NCBI GenBank assembly: GCA_030390025.1
Contig: CM059425.1
Coordinates: forward strand, 164,178,001-164,242,000
DNA length: 64,000 nt
Direction: 5' to 3'
Origin: Squalus acanthias
Lineage: Eukaryota
Shown here one piece after another: positions 49,496 to 62,131 of the stretch; positions within the stretch are counted from its first letter, which is position 1; each line of letters starts with the position of its first letter. The notes beneath the pieces were generated by a model. The model did no database searches and was not told the origin of the DNA. It was given only the letters and a program-made list of their open reading frames with translations. The position numbers and the translations under genes were made by a program.

Positions 49496-50135
49496 GGCCT
49501 GAATATTCGGTTGCTTTGCGCCTCCCGTTAGCACTAAGAGGGCACTAACGGGGCGCAAAGCAACTAGCACCTGGACACGGCGTCGCTAACACCTCCCGTG
49601 AAATTCAGCGGGAGGTTAGTGGCGGCGGTAACCGTTAGCACCCCGTGGCGCTGCGCCGTCGGCGATGACGTCATCACCATGTGCAGCGCCACGCTCGCAC
49701 CCCGGCCGCGATCTTCAGTAGCACCCCCTGACTTACCGCCGGATGCTATGTTCGACAGGGTCAGGGGGGGCCTACCTGCGGCCGGGGCGGCACTAATTAA
49801 AGGCGAGATGCCGGGCGGCCATTTTTGGTGCTAGCCACCTGCCAGCACCTGCCCCCGTTGCCGTCCCTGGCCTCCTGACCAGCCCCCCCCCCCGCGCGGA
49901 GTGCCGGCTGCGCTCCGTGAGCCCGGCACTTCTCTTGAGTGCCGGGCTCTTTTGCCAGCCCCTCCGATCCCTGGTGGCCCAGCTGGACCCTGGGTCACGC
50001 TGCACTAGGCCCCTCCCCTTTAATAAGGGGAGGAAGGACTGCAGTACAGCGGCGCGACATGCCGCAGCGCCACATAGTGCCGCAATATTCCCTCGCAGCG
50101 CCCCAAGAGGGAGGTGGGGCGCTTCCAGTAGTGCC
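49496..50135. mobile_element. MITE family A lacking its right end
   Basis: Collinear with 2035-2602; left TIR GGCCTGAATATTCG. Confidence 0.85.
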
Positions 50136-50154
50136 ATGCACTGCGGCACTACTG

Positions 50155-52483
50155 GATACCCAAGAAGTGTAATCTGACCAGACAGTGGAGGAAGACCAAG
50201 AAGGGAGTGATGATGAAGACGCACCATCACTTGATTTCTCACTTGCAGCCACCAGCTCAGATACTGACACTGCACGTATCTTAGAGGATAGATTAGAGGC
50301 GGGATCTGCACGTGGTGAGACACTGGGCACAATTGCGCTGCAGCCAGGGCAGGAGGCAAGGATAGTGCAGGTGTCAACTCGCCAGAGGGTGAGGTCGCAC
50401 ACGAGTTCTGCTGCAGAGAACTCAAATGAGGACTTCAATGGACCAGGGTACAGAAGAAGACTGATGGGTGTACACAACAAAGTGCTTGGTACATTGGGAA
50501 GCCTGCCAGAAAGTCTGCGTTCAATGTCCAGGAGCATGGAGGAGTCCGGCACCAACTTGGCACAGGGCTTTGTGCAGAGCTTGGAGCCCATCCTTTCCAG
50601 CATGGAAGTGGTGGCCAACTCTGTTCGCACACTTGTGGACACAACCATGATGCAGCGTCTGATAGTCGATGTCTCAGCTTCCACTGCAGAAGAAGCAGCA
50701 GCCACGAAAAGTCTGAGTGCCACAGTGGAATCTCAGACTGAAGTCTAGAGCTGCTCAAGGTCATCCTCCAAGGTCATCTGCAGTCTCCTCCACTGAAAGT
50801 CAGCAGCCTTCCACCAGCCATGCTGTAGCCACTGGGGTAGCACTGTGTAGGAGCACTGGGACAGGCAAAGGCACACGGAAGACAGGCTCTAAGGGAATGC
50901 ATAAGGATGATTAGATTACATTTGTATGTCGTACGGCATAATTTAATTTATAAATTTGGTTTGGAATGTTTATTTTGTGGTGGCTTTTATTTTTGCATTG
51001 TGGCCAAGAGGACAATGTGATGGTCAGTGATAGCGGGAAGTTAAGGAGCGTGGGACTGTTGGTGAGTGGGGAATTGGGGTTGTGGTTATAGGTATCACAC
51101 TCTAATGAGTTCTTCATGTACAACTCAGACAGAAAATGGCTGTCTAGGTTGCCACCTTCCTTCCTCTTCCTCCTCTTCCACCTCTTCCTCCTCCTTGTGC
51201 TCCTGTTCCTCAGCTTCTCACCTGATAGCTGGTGGCAAGGGCTGTCCCCTCATGTTGGCAAGGTTGTGCAGCATGCAGCAGACTACCACAAATCTTGAGA
51301 CCCACTCTGTCAAGTACTGCAGGGCTCCTCCAGAGCAATCCAGACAGCAGAATCGTTGTTTCAGCACGCCAATGGTCTGCTCCATCACATTTCTTGTGGC
51401 AGCATGGCTTTCATTGTATGCATGATACGCATGTGTGTGTGGGTTGCAAACCGGAGTCATGAGCTATGTCGTCAGTGGATAGCCCTTGTCGCCCAGTAAT
51501 CACGCTTTGCTTTGCCGTGATGGCTGAAATTCAGCTGGCACAGTGGACTGCAGCAGAATGAAGGAATCAGACTGCTGCCAGGATACCAGGCATTGTCTCA
51601 CTCACCTCCCTTGTACAGGAGTGGACGGCGAACTGTGAGATGTTACAGATGTCGCCTGCTCCAGCCTGGAAGGAGCCCGACGCGAAGAAGTTCAAGGCCA
51701 CGGTCACCTTTACAGCCACTGGCAATGTAGGTGGCTGTAAGGTTGCAGTTATGGCTGCAGCATTTGGCAGAATTCAGTGAGGATGTCCTTAGTGAAGCAC
51801 AGGCATCTCGCACACTGTTCCTCGCTGAGGTTTAGGTGGTTCAGAATTGCTCCCTGAACACCCTGGGCAGATATGGCCTCCTGCTGAGAGCATCTTCTCC
51901 CCCTCCTCCTCCCTCTTCCAGCAGCTTGTCCTGCTCTGTGTGCCCTCTGCTCATTCTCCCAGTCAGGACTCTATTCCAAGAGTAAGGTCTACTAGTGTAC
52001 CCACATCTGGGAGCAACTGGTTTAGTGCAGAAGCCGTGAAGTCAGCAACTAGCACTTAAGCACCTGCCACACCACTCCCAGTAGACCTTTGAAACTTGAA
52101 ATAACTATGGAAAGCACCAAAAACATGTAGAATTGTAGCAACAGTCAGAAGAAATCAACCAGCAACTAACCTGTAAGTAGTTGATGATCCCTGTAAATAG
52201 CGCTGGTGGGGGTAACTCCTACTGCTTAATGCATATTCAGCTGTGCGAGCTTACGAGACGGCATCTGCTGGAGCGTTGAGCTGCAAAATGGCAGCCCTAG
52301 TATCAAATCATTGTTGCATGCTGATTAACGATATGATCTGCTTGCTCTACATATTTCCGGCGGACGTTCACTGCGCACACGCTAACGCCTGCACCAAGAT
52401 GGCGTCTGGCACGTTTCACATCACAAATGTACGTGCGTGCTGTGGACGCCATTTTGCAGCTTTAAGGGTACTCATAGCGCCCA
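50155..52483. mobile_element. PIF/Harbinger copy 4, right part (Myb exon 3 plus deleted transposase)
   Basis: ORF 50185-50748 is homologous to 37100-37675; minus strand HAATRNVMEQTIGVLKQRFCCLD...CCMLHN; no terminal TIR seen. Confidence 0.85.
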
Positions 52484-53921
52484 ATCCACTCCGTATCTGT
52501 TCTCTCAGCTGTAGATAGTTGGATGTAAGTATGAATTTGACTAGTAAGGACACTGTTTACTTGCTATCAATTATAATTTTGTCAAAATTATCTCTTCGGA
52601 TGGGACCTCATTATCCATCAGAATGGGTGTGAACCCCCAGTGGATAATGAAATTGTTGGATGATAGAAAGTCCTGATTGGTAAGTTTCTGATTGGTCTAA
52701 TTATATTATCCAGTCATTTTCCAAGCATATGCAAATAAAAGACACATTTTTTCATTTAAAAACTAAATATTCTTGAAAAATGTGCTGGCAGCCCATCTGC
52801 TGCGGTTGTCTCTTAGATCAGTAGCCCTGGCTATCACTGATTTTCTGACCCAAAGCCAAATATCATAACCGCATGGATAGTAAGTTCTACCAGCTACTGA
52901 ATATTCAGACAACTACTTACACTGCAGAATCAAGTATAGAGTCTTTGAAAAATGAATTATAATTTTAGCTGATTTATGCAAAACTAAACCCCAACTCAAA
53001 TGTGGACAATCAAAAATTTAAATGACAGATTCCACTGTACTATAATTATAGTAATTTCATAGAGAACTAAGTAAATGCACATAAAAGTCTGAAAATATTG
53101 TAAATCTAGAAATATTACTGCAAATAATATTTCATGTAATCCAAGCGTGCAAAAAACATTTGAGAGAGAAAATTGATTCATCATGTAGTCAGGAACAAAA
53201 GCAGTGGCTTAGGACAGTATTTTATATCTCATACATCTCAGTAGGAATTATTTCTTCAATCTGTTTTTGGCCGCAATTTTCCTTATTCACTCAGGTCAAT
53301 GTAAACAGCTAAAAATAACAGCCTATAAATTCCATTGGCTTGGGGGCAGAGGGAAAGGAAAGTGGAACAGAACCCAGTTGTACTTGTGGGGAGTCATGGA
53401 CAAATCTTCTGCTCATGTCAAAACTCTCCCCAGCTGAAAACTGGCATTAGTCTCACCGAGGTCCATGAAAGTCCACAAAACTCATTCAGCTCAAGGCAAT
53501 CGATCCTGGAGGAGACTGATCACCTTTAGAAAAAATTCCTGCTGGATCCATTGGAACCTAAAGATTTAAAAAACGTACCTTTGTGTTGGGCTGTTCTTGG
53601 GCATGGCGCTGGTCTAACATTGTGGCCAGCAGATCAGGACAGGTGCCGCTGATGTGACATGCCCATCCTGTGCATGCAAATGATCTCTTCCTCATAATTT
53701 GGAACAGGGTCTGGGTCTTGTGCAGACTTTCAGCCTGCTCCACCGCACATCCATCGGCAGGGCACTTCTGCCTAATGCTTTGCCTGAACGCTAATGAATT
53801 GTGTGCAAATTCAGTATCCTATTACAGTACTCCATGATACAATATGCTAAAACAGCACCAAAATGCTAAATCTGAAAATATGTTTTAAAAGAAAAATAAA
53901 GAATATAAAAATGTAAACAAG

Positions 53922-56900
53922 TAAGAACATAAGAACATAAGAAATAGGAGCAGGAGTAGGCCAATTGGCCCCTTGAGCCTGCTCCGCCATTCAATAAGAT
54001 CATGGCTGATCTGATCCTAACCGCCAATCTACTATCACAGAACCATCTCCTGAACCTAACAGAATTGGACACATGAAATAGGAGCAGGATCAGGCTACAC
54101 GGCCCCTGGGCCCGCTACGCTACCCACAGGGCCATGACCGATCCGAACCTAGACTCATGTCCAAATTCCTGCCCGCTCCCCGTAAGCCTTAATTCCCTTT
54201 ACTTCTAGGAAACTGTCTATTTCTGTTTTAAATTTATGTAATGATGTAGCTTCTACAGCTTTTTGGGGCAGCATATTCCATGGACCTACCACCCTCTGAG
54301 TGAAGTAGTTCCTTCTCATCTCAGTTTTGAAAGAGCAGCCCCTTATTTTAAGACTATGCCCCCTAGTTCTAGTTTCACCCATCATCGGGAACATCCTCCC
54401 CGCATCCACCCGATCCAACCCCTTCACAAAAATGTTTCAATAAGATCGCCTCTCATTCTTCTGAACTCCAATGAGTAGAGTCCCAATCTACCCAACCTCT
54501 CCTCATATGTCCATCCCCTCATCCCCGGGATTAACCGAGTGAACCTTCTTTGTACTGACTCGAGAGCAAGTATGTCTTTTCTTAAGTATGGACACCAAAA
54601 CTGTATGCAGTATTCCAGGTGCGGTCTCACCAATACCTTGTACAACTGAAGCAATACCTCCCTATTTTTATATTCTATCCCCCTAGCAATGAAAGCCAAC
54701 ATTCCATTGGCCTTCTTAATCACTTGCTGCACCTGCATACTAACCTTTTGAGTTTCGTGCACCAGGACCCCCAGATCCCTTTGTACTTCAGTACTTTCCA
54801 GTTTCTTGCCATTAAGATAATAACTTGCTCTACTATTTTTCCTGCCAAAGTGCATAACCTCACACTTTCCAGTATTGTATTCCATCTGCCAAATCTCTGC
54901 CCACTTACTTAGCCTGTCTATGTCCCCTTGCAGATTTTTTATGTCCTCCTCACTCACTACTTTCCCTCCCATCTTAGTATCATCTGCAAACTTTGATATA
55001 TTACACTCGGTCCCCTCCTCCAAATCATTAATATAGATTGTAAAGAGTTGGGGACCCAGCACTGACCCCTGCGGAACACCACTAGTTACTGATTGCCAGT
55101 CTGAGAATGAACCATTTATCCCAACTCTCTGCCTTCTGTTAGATAGCCAATCCTCTATCCATGCCAGAATATTACCCCCAATCCCATGATTTTTTATCTT
55201 AAGCAATAATCTTTTGTGTGGCACCTTGTCAAATGCCTTTTGGAAGTCTAAATACACCACATCCACTGGTTCCCCTTTATCCACCCTGTATGTTACTTCC
55301 TCAAAGAACTCCAGCAAATTTGTCAAACATGACTTCCCCTTCATAAAACCATGCTGACTTTGTCCTATTAAAATATGATTATCCAAATGTCCCGTTACTG
55401 TCTCCTTAATAATGGACTCCAAAATTTTACCTACCACAGATGTTAGGCTAACCGGTCTATAGTTTCCAGCCTTCTGTCTACTGCCCTTTTTAAATAAGGG
55501 TGTTACATTAGCAGTTTTCCAGTCTGCCGGGATCTTTGCTGAGTCCAGGGAGTTTTGGAAAATTATTACCAATGCATCCACAATCCCTACCGCCACTTCC
55601 CTCAAGACCCTAGGATGTTAGGTTAGGTTGATTTGGCTATGATAAATTGACCCTTAGTGTTAGGGGGGGGATTAAATATGTGGGGTTATGGGGATAGGAT
55701 GGGATATGTTAGGGGGAATTAAATACGTGGGGTTACGGGGGTAGGGTGGGATATGTGTACTGTGGGGATTAAAGCAGGGACAGGGTACTGGATTTGGATG
55801 ATCAGCCATGATCGTATTGAATGGTGGAGCAGGCTCGACGGGCCGAATGGCCTACTCCTGCTCCTGGTTTCTATGTTTCTATGTTTCTATGTAAGTCATC
55901 AGGTCCAGGTGATTTATCCGCCTTGAGTCCCATTATTTTACCGAGTACCACTTCCTTCGTGATTTTGATCATGTTTAGCTCCCCTCCCCCCTATAGCCCC
56001 CTGTTTGTCCAGTGTTGGGATATTCTTAGTGTCCTCTACTGTAAAGACTGATACAAAATATTCATTCAGTGTATTTGCCATCTCCATATTTCCCACCATT
56101 ACTTTCCCGGTCTCATCCTCTAAGGGACCAACATTTACTTTAGCCACCCTTTTTCTTTTTACATAACTATAAAAACTCTTACTATCTGTTTTTATATTTT
56201 TTGCTAATTTACTTTCATAATCTATCTTCCCTTTCTTAATCAATCTTTTTGTTATTTTTTGCTATCTTTTAAAGTTTTCCCAATCCTCTATTCTCCCACT
56301 AGATTTGGCTACCTTATAAGCCCTTGTTTTTAGTCGAATACTATCCTTAATTTCTTTGCTTAGCCACGGATGACTGTCTTTTCTTTTACACCCTTTTCTT
56401 CTCAGTGGAATATATATTTTTTGGAAGTTGTAAAATAACTCCTTAAATGTACACCACTGATCATGTATCGTCTTACCCTTTACTCTATTTTCCCAATCCA
56501 CTCTACTCAATTCCGCTTGCAGACCTTCATAGTCTCCTTTATTCAAGCTTAGCACGCTTGTTTGAGATCCAACCTTCTCACCCTCTAATTGAATATGGAA
56601 TTCAACCATGTTATGGTCACTCATTCCAAGGGGATCCTTTACTAGAACATTTTTAATTATTCCTGTCTTGTTACACAGGACCAGATCTAAGGTTGCTTGC
56701 CCCCTGGTCGGTTCAGTTACATACTGCTCAAGAAACCCATCCCTAATACACTCAATGAACTCATCCTCAAGGCAGCCCTGCCCAATTTGATTTGTCCAAT
56801 TAATATGATAGTTAAAATCCCCCATAATTATAGATGTTCCCTTATTACAAGCTTCAACTATTTCCTGATTGATACTCTGTCCAACAGAGTTGCAACTGTT

Positions 56901-57410
56901 CGGAGGCCTATAGACTACGCCCACTAGTGTTTTTTTCCCCTTATTATTCCTTATCTCCACCCAAACTGTTTCATTATCCTGATCTTTTGACCCAATATCA
57001 TTTCACTGTATTACAGTGATTCCTTCCTTTATTAACATAGCCACTCCACCTCCCCTTCCTTCCTGCCTGTCCTTCCTGATCGTTAAATAACCTGGTATGT
57101 TTAATTCCCAGGCATTGTCACCCTGCAGCCATGTTTCTGTAATGGCCACAAGATCATACCCATATGCAGTTATTTGTGCCATTAACTCGTCTATTTTGTT
57201 ACGAATGCTACATGCATTCAGATAGAGAACTTTCAAATATGTTTTGTGACACTTAGTTCCTGCTTTTGCCCTTTTTATTACTTTACCTTTTACTCCATAC
57301 CTTCTGCCCCTTCCTGACACACTCTGGTTTTTAATTTCCCCACTGCTACCTAAGTCTATGACCTTCTCTGTTGTCATTTTTATTATTTGCTCTCTAGGAA
57401 CCTCCCCCCC
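53922..57410 (-). mobile_element. CR1 LINE with whole ORF2 region (frameshifted), 5'-truncated near the ORF1/ORF2 boundary
   Basis: ORF pieces 57003-57377, 56262-56960, 55938-56243, 54424-55605 (FADD), 54155-54427; (ttcttatg)n tail. Confidence 0.93.
55619..55888 (+). mobile_element. 5'-truncated SINE with CR1-type tail inserted antisense into the CR1
   Basis: gttaggttgatttggctatgataaattgacccttagtg block, G-rich tandem units, CR1 3' stem-loop region and (tttctatg)n; ATGT duplicated at the junctions. Confidence 0.7.
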
Positions 57411-57682
57411 AGCTCAGAGTGACAGCTCTGTAATATTTTGGTGAATGTCAATGTGTACCTAAGACCGAGCAAAAATGAGTGTTAACCTTTAGAGGCACAA
57501 GATAATAAAAAGTACTTAATAGATACCATATTGTGGACTTTTATCCGTTAAGCGCATGATGCAAATAAGCAATCTCCATTTAAATGAATTAAGGATCAGT
57601 CTTGCATCGATCCCTTTACATTTAAGCTTCTGCATTTGGACTGCTATTTCTAAAGAAAATAACAAGTAACTGAAGAAATTAG

Positions 57683-58400
57683 GGGCTAAAAATTGGGTAG
57701 CATCCCCTTTGGGCGCTACCTTCGCCGGGGTGCTAATTTTAGCGCCCCGAAAATGTTAACGCCCCCGCAGCCGATTTTCCCAGGTAGCGTCCCGAGAGGA
57801 AGGAGAGGCACTACTGGAAGCACCCAACATCCCTCTTGGGGCGCTGCGAGCCAATATCGCAGCACTGCAGCGCTGCAGCACGTCGCGCCACGGTACTGCA
57901 GGCCTTCGTCCCCTAATTAAAGGGGAGGGGCCTGGCGCAGCGCGTCCCGGTACCCAGCTGGGCCACCAGGGATCGGGAGTGCTGGCAAACGAGCCCAGCA
58001 CGCGAGGAGTGCCGGGCTCACGGAGAGCAGCCGGCACCCCGCGGTGGGGGCTTCACGGGGGTCGGGGACAGCAACGGGGGAAGGTGCTGGCAGGCGGCCA
58101 GCAACAAAAATAGTCGCCCGCCACCTCTCCTTTAACTAGCGCCGCCCCGGCCGCAGGTAGGCCCCCCTGACCCCGGCGGACATAGCGTCCGGCGGTAAGT
58201 CGGGGGGGCGCCACCCAACATTACAGCTGGGCCGTGAGTGGGGCGCTGCGCACGGCGATGACCTCATTGCCGGTGGCGCAGCGCCGCGCGGCCCTAATGG
58301 TTACCGCCGCCGCTAACCTCCCGCTGAATTTCGCGGGAGGCGTTAGCTGCACCGCGCCCAGGTGCTAACGGGAGGCGCAAATCAACCGAATTTAGCCCCC
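57683..58400. mobile_element. MITE family A, complete, inverted
   Basis: TIR GGGCTAAAAATTG / GAATTTAGCCCCC, TSD TAG. Confidence 0.87.
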
Positions 58401-60291
58401 TAGGTATTTTAGTTCTCAGCTGATTAAGGTAAGATTTTCCTCTTATAAACCTTGGATGTACTGGATCACCTCAGCAGAGTGCATGGAGGAAAATTGGGCA
58501 AAGAAGATTGCATTTCCAAGTGCTATAAGAGCAAAATCTGTCCTTATTACTACAATTTTATATCCACAAATGGTGCATTCTACTGTTCTAGTTATCAGCT
58601 CAATTGGATGTTGATGCTGGTTAAATTAGGAAACCTATTGCTAAAATCTGCAACTAAGTAAATGAGAATCAATATGAGTACGAAAATGTTATCCAATGTT
58701 ACTCATTTAATTTAGGAGTTCTTTTTGCATGTGAACTAATCAGAGAAATATCGAGACTTCAGGCTTTTGAAAAGAAAGTGAATTATGCAATTGAATGTTG
58801 CATGATTTATAAATTTTCATTCAGCTTTGGTGATCTCAGTGGGCCATCTAGTGACGGTTTAGTCTTCTCTTTATGTTTCTGATAATTGTAATGTGCAACA
58901 AGGAATTGAAAAATGTGTGTATTTAGAATATACAGTATTAGAAAACATTGTACTTTAAAAACAGAAGGAAGCCATTTATGATTGCATTGTAAAGTTTGAT
59001 GACACCGATACATAAAACTTTATCCATTTGACCAATTTCTTAAAAGCAAGTCTTTGCTTTTTATATAATTTTAAGTAATTTTCAAGGTAAATCAGTTATC
59101 CCATTTTTCATCCTGCTCCTCAAAACTGGAGAAATGATGTAGCTTGGCCATTCCTTCTGCTATTGCTATCCTCTCTCTTGTTTTGTGCTTTCTTATCCTA
59201 CAAAAGCAGATTTACGCATTGAGTATTTAACATTGGTGCCATGACATACACCACTGCCCAGGCATCGAGATGTTGTCCAAAGGTGTCGGACAGACAGAAA
59301 CATGCATCATGCAAGTACTCTACATGGAAGGAGTTGGCAGGGGGTTGTGCCGTTGAGACTCCTATTGAAGGAGGTGTTGCTGGAAAAGGGAGATGCTGGG
59401 AAGTTACAGTGCAGCTCAATGGCAACTGTGGAATGCTAAACAAATAATGAAAGAATGTGTGAGTAGCAGGGAACACGTGATGCCAGTGCTGGGTGTTCCA
59501 CTGCGTAACTATGAGGTCAAAGTGCAGTGTCCTGGCTTGACACTCCCGTGAGGTCTTTGAGTTTATTCTGACACTGAATCCAGATCCTCTGCACAGTGGT
59601 GCTGACATTTACTTGATCAGCTATTCCCTGCCAAGTTCTCTGACCCACATTTTGGTTGACCCAATGGCCACTGCTCGGCACAATATCTCACTTCTTGTTG
59701 AGTGAACATGAATCGGAGGTGACAGTCGCCCTGCTGCTCGCTGACATTATCCAAATTAGCTGAATCCATAAATGCAGCAAGGTACAGCAAAGTTCAAGTC
59801 AATTGTTTACACACCATTCACTGCCTGACTTACACTGGGGTGATTGGCTTCATGGATTCATGTAGCAGTCTCTTACCACATCCAGAAATTCCTGACTCTT
59901 TTTACTACAGCACTACCCAAAATCCATTCAATACCTAAGCGCCCAATATGGCGGGTGGCCCCCATGCACACATATTGGATCAGGCTGCCCTGTAGGTATC
60001 CAAGTGCAACATTTTAATGAATGGAAAATCCTATAGGACCCACTGACCTCTGCACTCAACTTCCCAATATGTGTTCCTGGCATAAGAAGCTCTGCCCTGT
60101 ATGCTTTATTTTAGGTTAGAATTCCATAATGATTACAAATATGGGTCTCCATTTAAATACTGTGGTCCAACTCTGGAGAGGGATTGTTAGGTATTTATGG
60201 ATAGCTCAAAGATACCACCAGGAGAATGTGGAGCAGCAACAAATAAAAACAAGATCTTAGGGATAGTGCATATGTCACAAGAAGTGACAAT

Positions 60292-62010
60292 GGCCACGAT
60301 TTTGCCAGCGCTCAGCGGATGGGATGGGTGGCGGGTCAGCTGTGAAATTGAAAATGATTGACAACGGTCTGGGAACCCGCTGTCAAAACGTGCACACCTG
60401 CATTTCCCGATGTCGGGTCTGCTAGCACTGAGCAGACCCGACAGGCAGCAGCGGAGGACCAAATTCAAATCATTAGTAGCTTGTTTACAGCCACTTAACA
60501 ATGCTTTTTTCCCCCAGATTTTTGGATTTAACAGGTCGCCCACCGGTTTCCCACTGTGCCTAGACCTTGTCAGTCAAGCTGAGGCAGGAGGTCAGTGGCC
60601 ATCGAATCAGCTGATGAGGTGACAGCTTCAAATGTCAAGTCAAAGCTCCCAGCTGATTCAGAAATGTTCCCTCAACCATTAGCTTCTCTAAACTGCATTT
60701 CCACTACAGATTCAGAATGCTGCAAGTCTTTGCACAAGTCTCCATCCAGTCTGACCTCATTACCTCTCTCACCATTGACAGATCGCTTCTGTCATCTCTA
60801 CTTCACCTGCCATCTATTCCATCAGCATGGCTTTACTTTATACTCTCTCACCTTGGTCCTCAGAATCTGACCACAATCAGCCTCAACACCAGCAGCACCA
60901 GGCACACCAGCAGCACCAACAACACCAGTAACCTTCTCCACAATCACCTGATGCTGCACAGGACACAAGGCATCAGCACCGACCACATTGCTGGCTGGGA
61001 CGCCAGGAATGGCCTCACCGTGGCCAGATTTACTTCACTTGACGCTGCACACCCTGGCTGCCACATGATGCGCCAGGTTGCCACCACCCCACACCAACAA
61101 CTACAATGCCCATGCCATTCTTTTCACACTCATCAGCATTGCGGGGGGTACTGTTATGTCTCACCATTCACTGCAACTCACTAAGTCACTTCCAAAGGTG
61201 CACACAAATCTGTCCAAGAACGCAAAGTGTTGAAAATAAAAATGTCAATGTTTGACAGCACATTAACAGAAACTTCACATAAACATTAACTAAAACACCC
61301 AAGTGCTTGCCCTTGTGTGATGTTAGTTGGTATGTTTGGACTAGGATGAGGGTGAGTGTGAGGGGTGGCTAGTGAGATGGGGAAGTGATAATGTCGATAG
61401 AGAGGGACAGGTGGAGGTGCAAGGTAAGTTGGTGTGAGTAAGGATGTAGGGCAGGGAAGGTAGAGTGATGGGGATGTGATGAGAGGCAAAGCAGGATGAG
61501 GTTGAGTGTGGCTTCGCAGTAACGTTTCGTGATCTACTGAGATAATTGAAAGGTTTGCGCCACTGCAGCCTGGTCCTCCTGACAACATCCCTGCTTGTGC
61601 CCTCCTGTGCAATGTGCAACCAGGCTGCATTGGTCTTCTGGGGAGGTCTCTTCCGTCCATTGGAAGGGAAGATAACTTCCCTGCGTGCTGTGACTCCCTC
61701 CATAAGCATATGGAGGGAGTCATGGGAGAGCCTGGGTGCAGCCATGCACCTCTGTGCAGTCATTGTCAGTGTTTGCTGACAGCACAACTGTGAATTTAAA
61801 GTTGGCCGTGGTCCCTTTAAGGAAACCAGCTGATGACGCGTCATCAAATAACGTCATCAGACCCGCTTCCTTCAATTGTCCGGGAAACTCACTGGGCTGG
61901 CTTAACAAGCCCAATCAGGGGAATGTCATGTCATGGAATCAGCAGCAGGGCTGCGATCCGCCACCGACATTGCCCGCCACGGACTAGCCGAAGGGGGGAC
62001 AATCATGGCC
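60292..62010 (-). mobile_element. Non-autonomous Harbinger, family E (inverted copy) with Myb/SANT exon
   Basis: TIR GGCCACGATT / AATCATGGCC, TSD AAT; ORF 61341-61847 is homologous to 28852-29355. Confidence 0.87.
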
Positions 62011-62131
62011 AATGAATTTGTACAAAGCATTGGTCCAGTTCCAGCTGAAGTATTCTGTCTCACTTTGGCCACAGTACTACAGGGACTGCTTGACATTGAG
62101 GATGTACTGAGAAGGGCAACTAACTTGATAC

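Noticed and set aside
53558..53790. Minus-strand open frame ending at an AAG|GTACGT donor-like site
   Set aside because: No convincing acceptor or recognisable protein; may be an old repeat
59200..59780. Possible decayed Myb-like exon or ancient SINE
   Set aside because: Similarity too weak to call without a search
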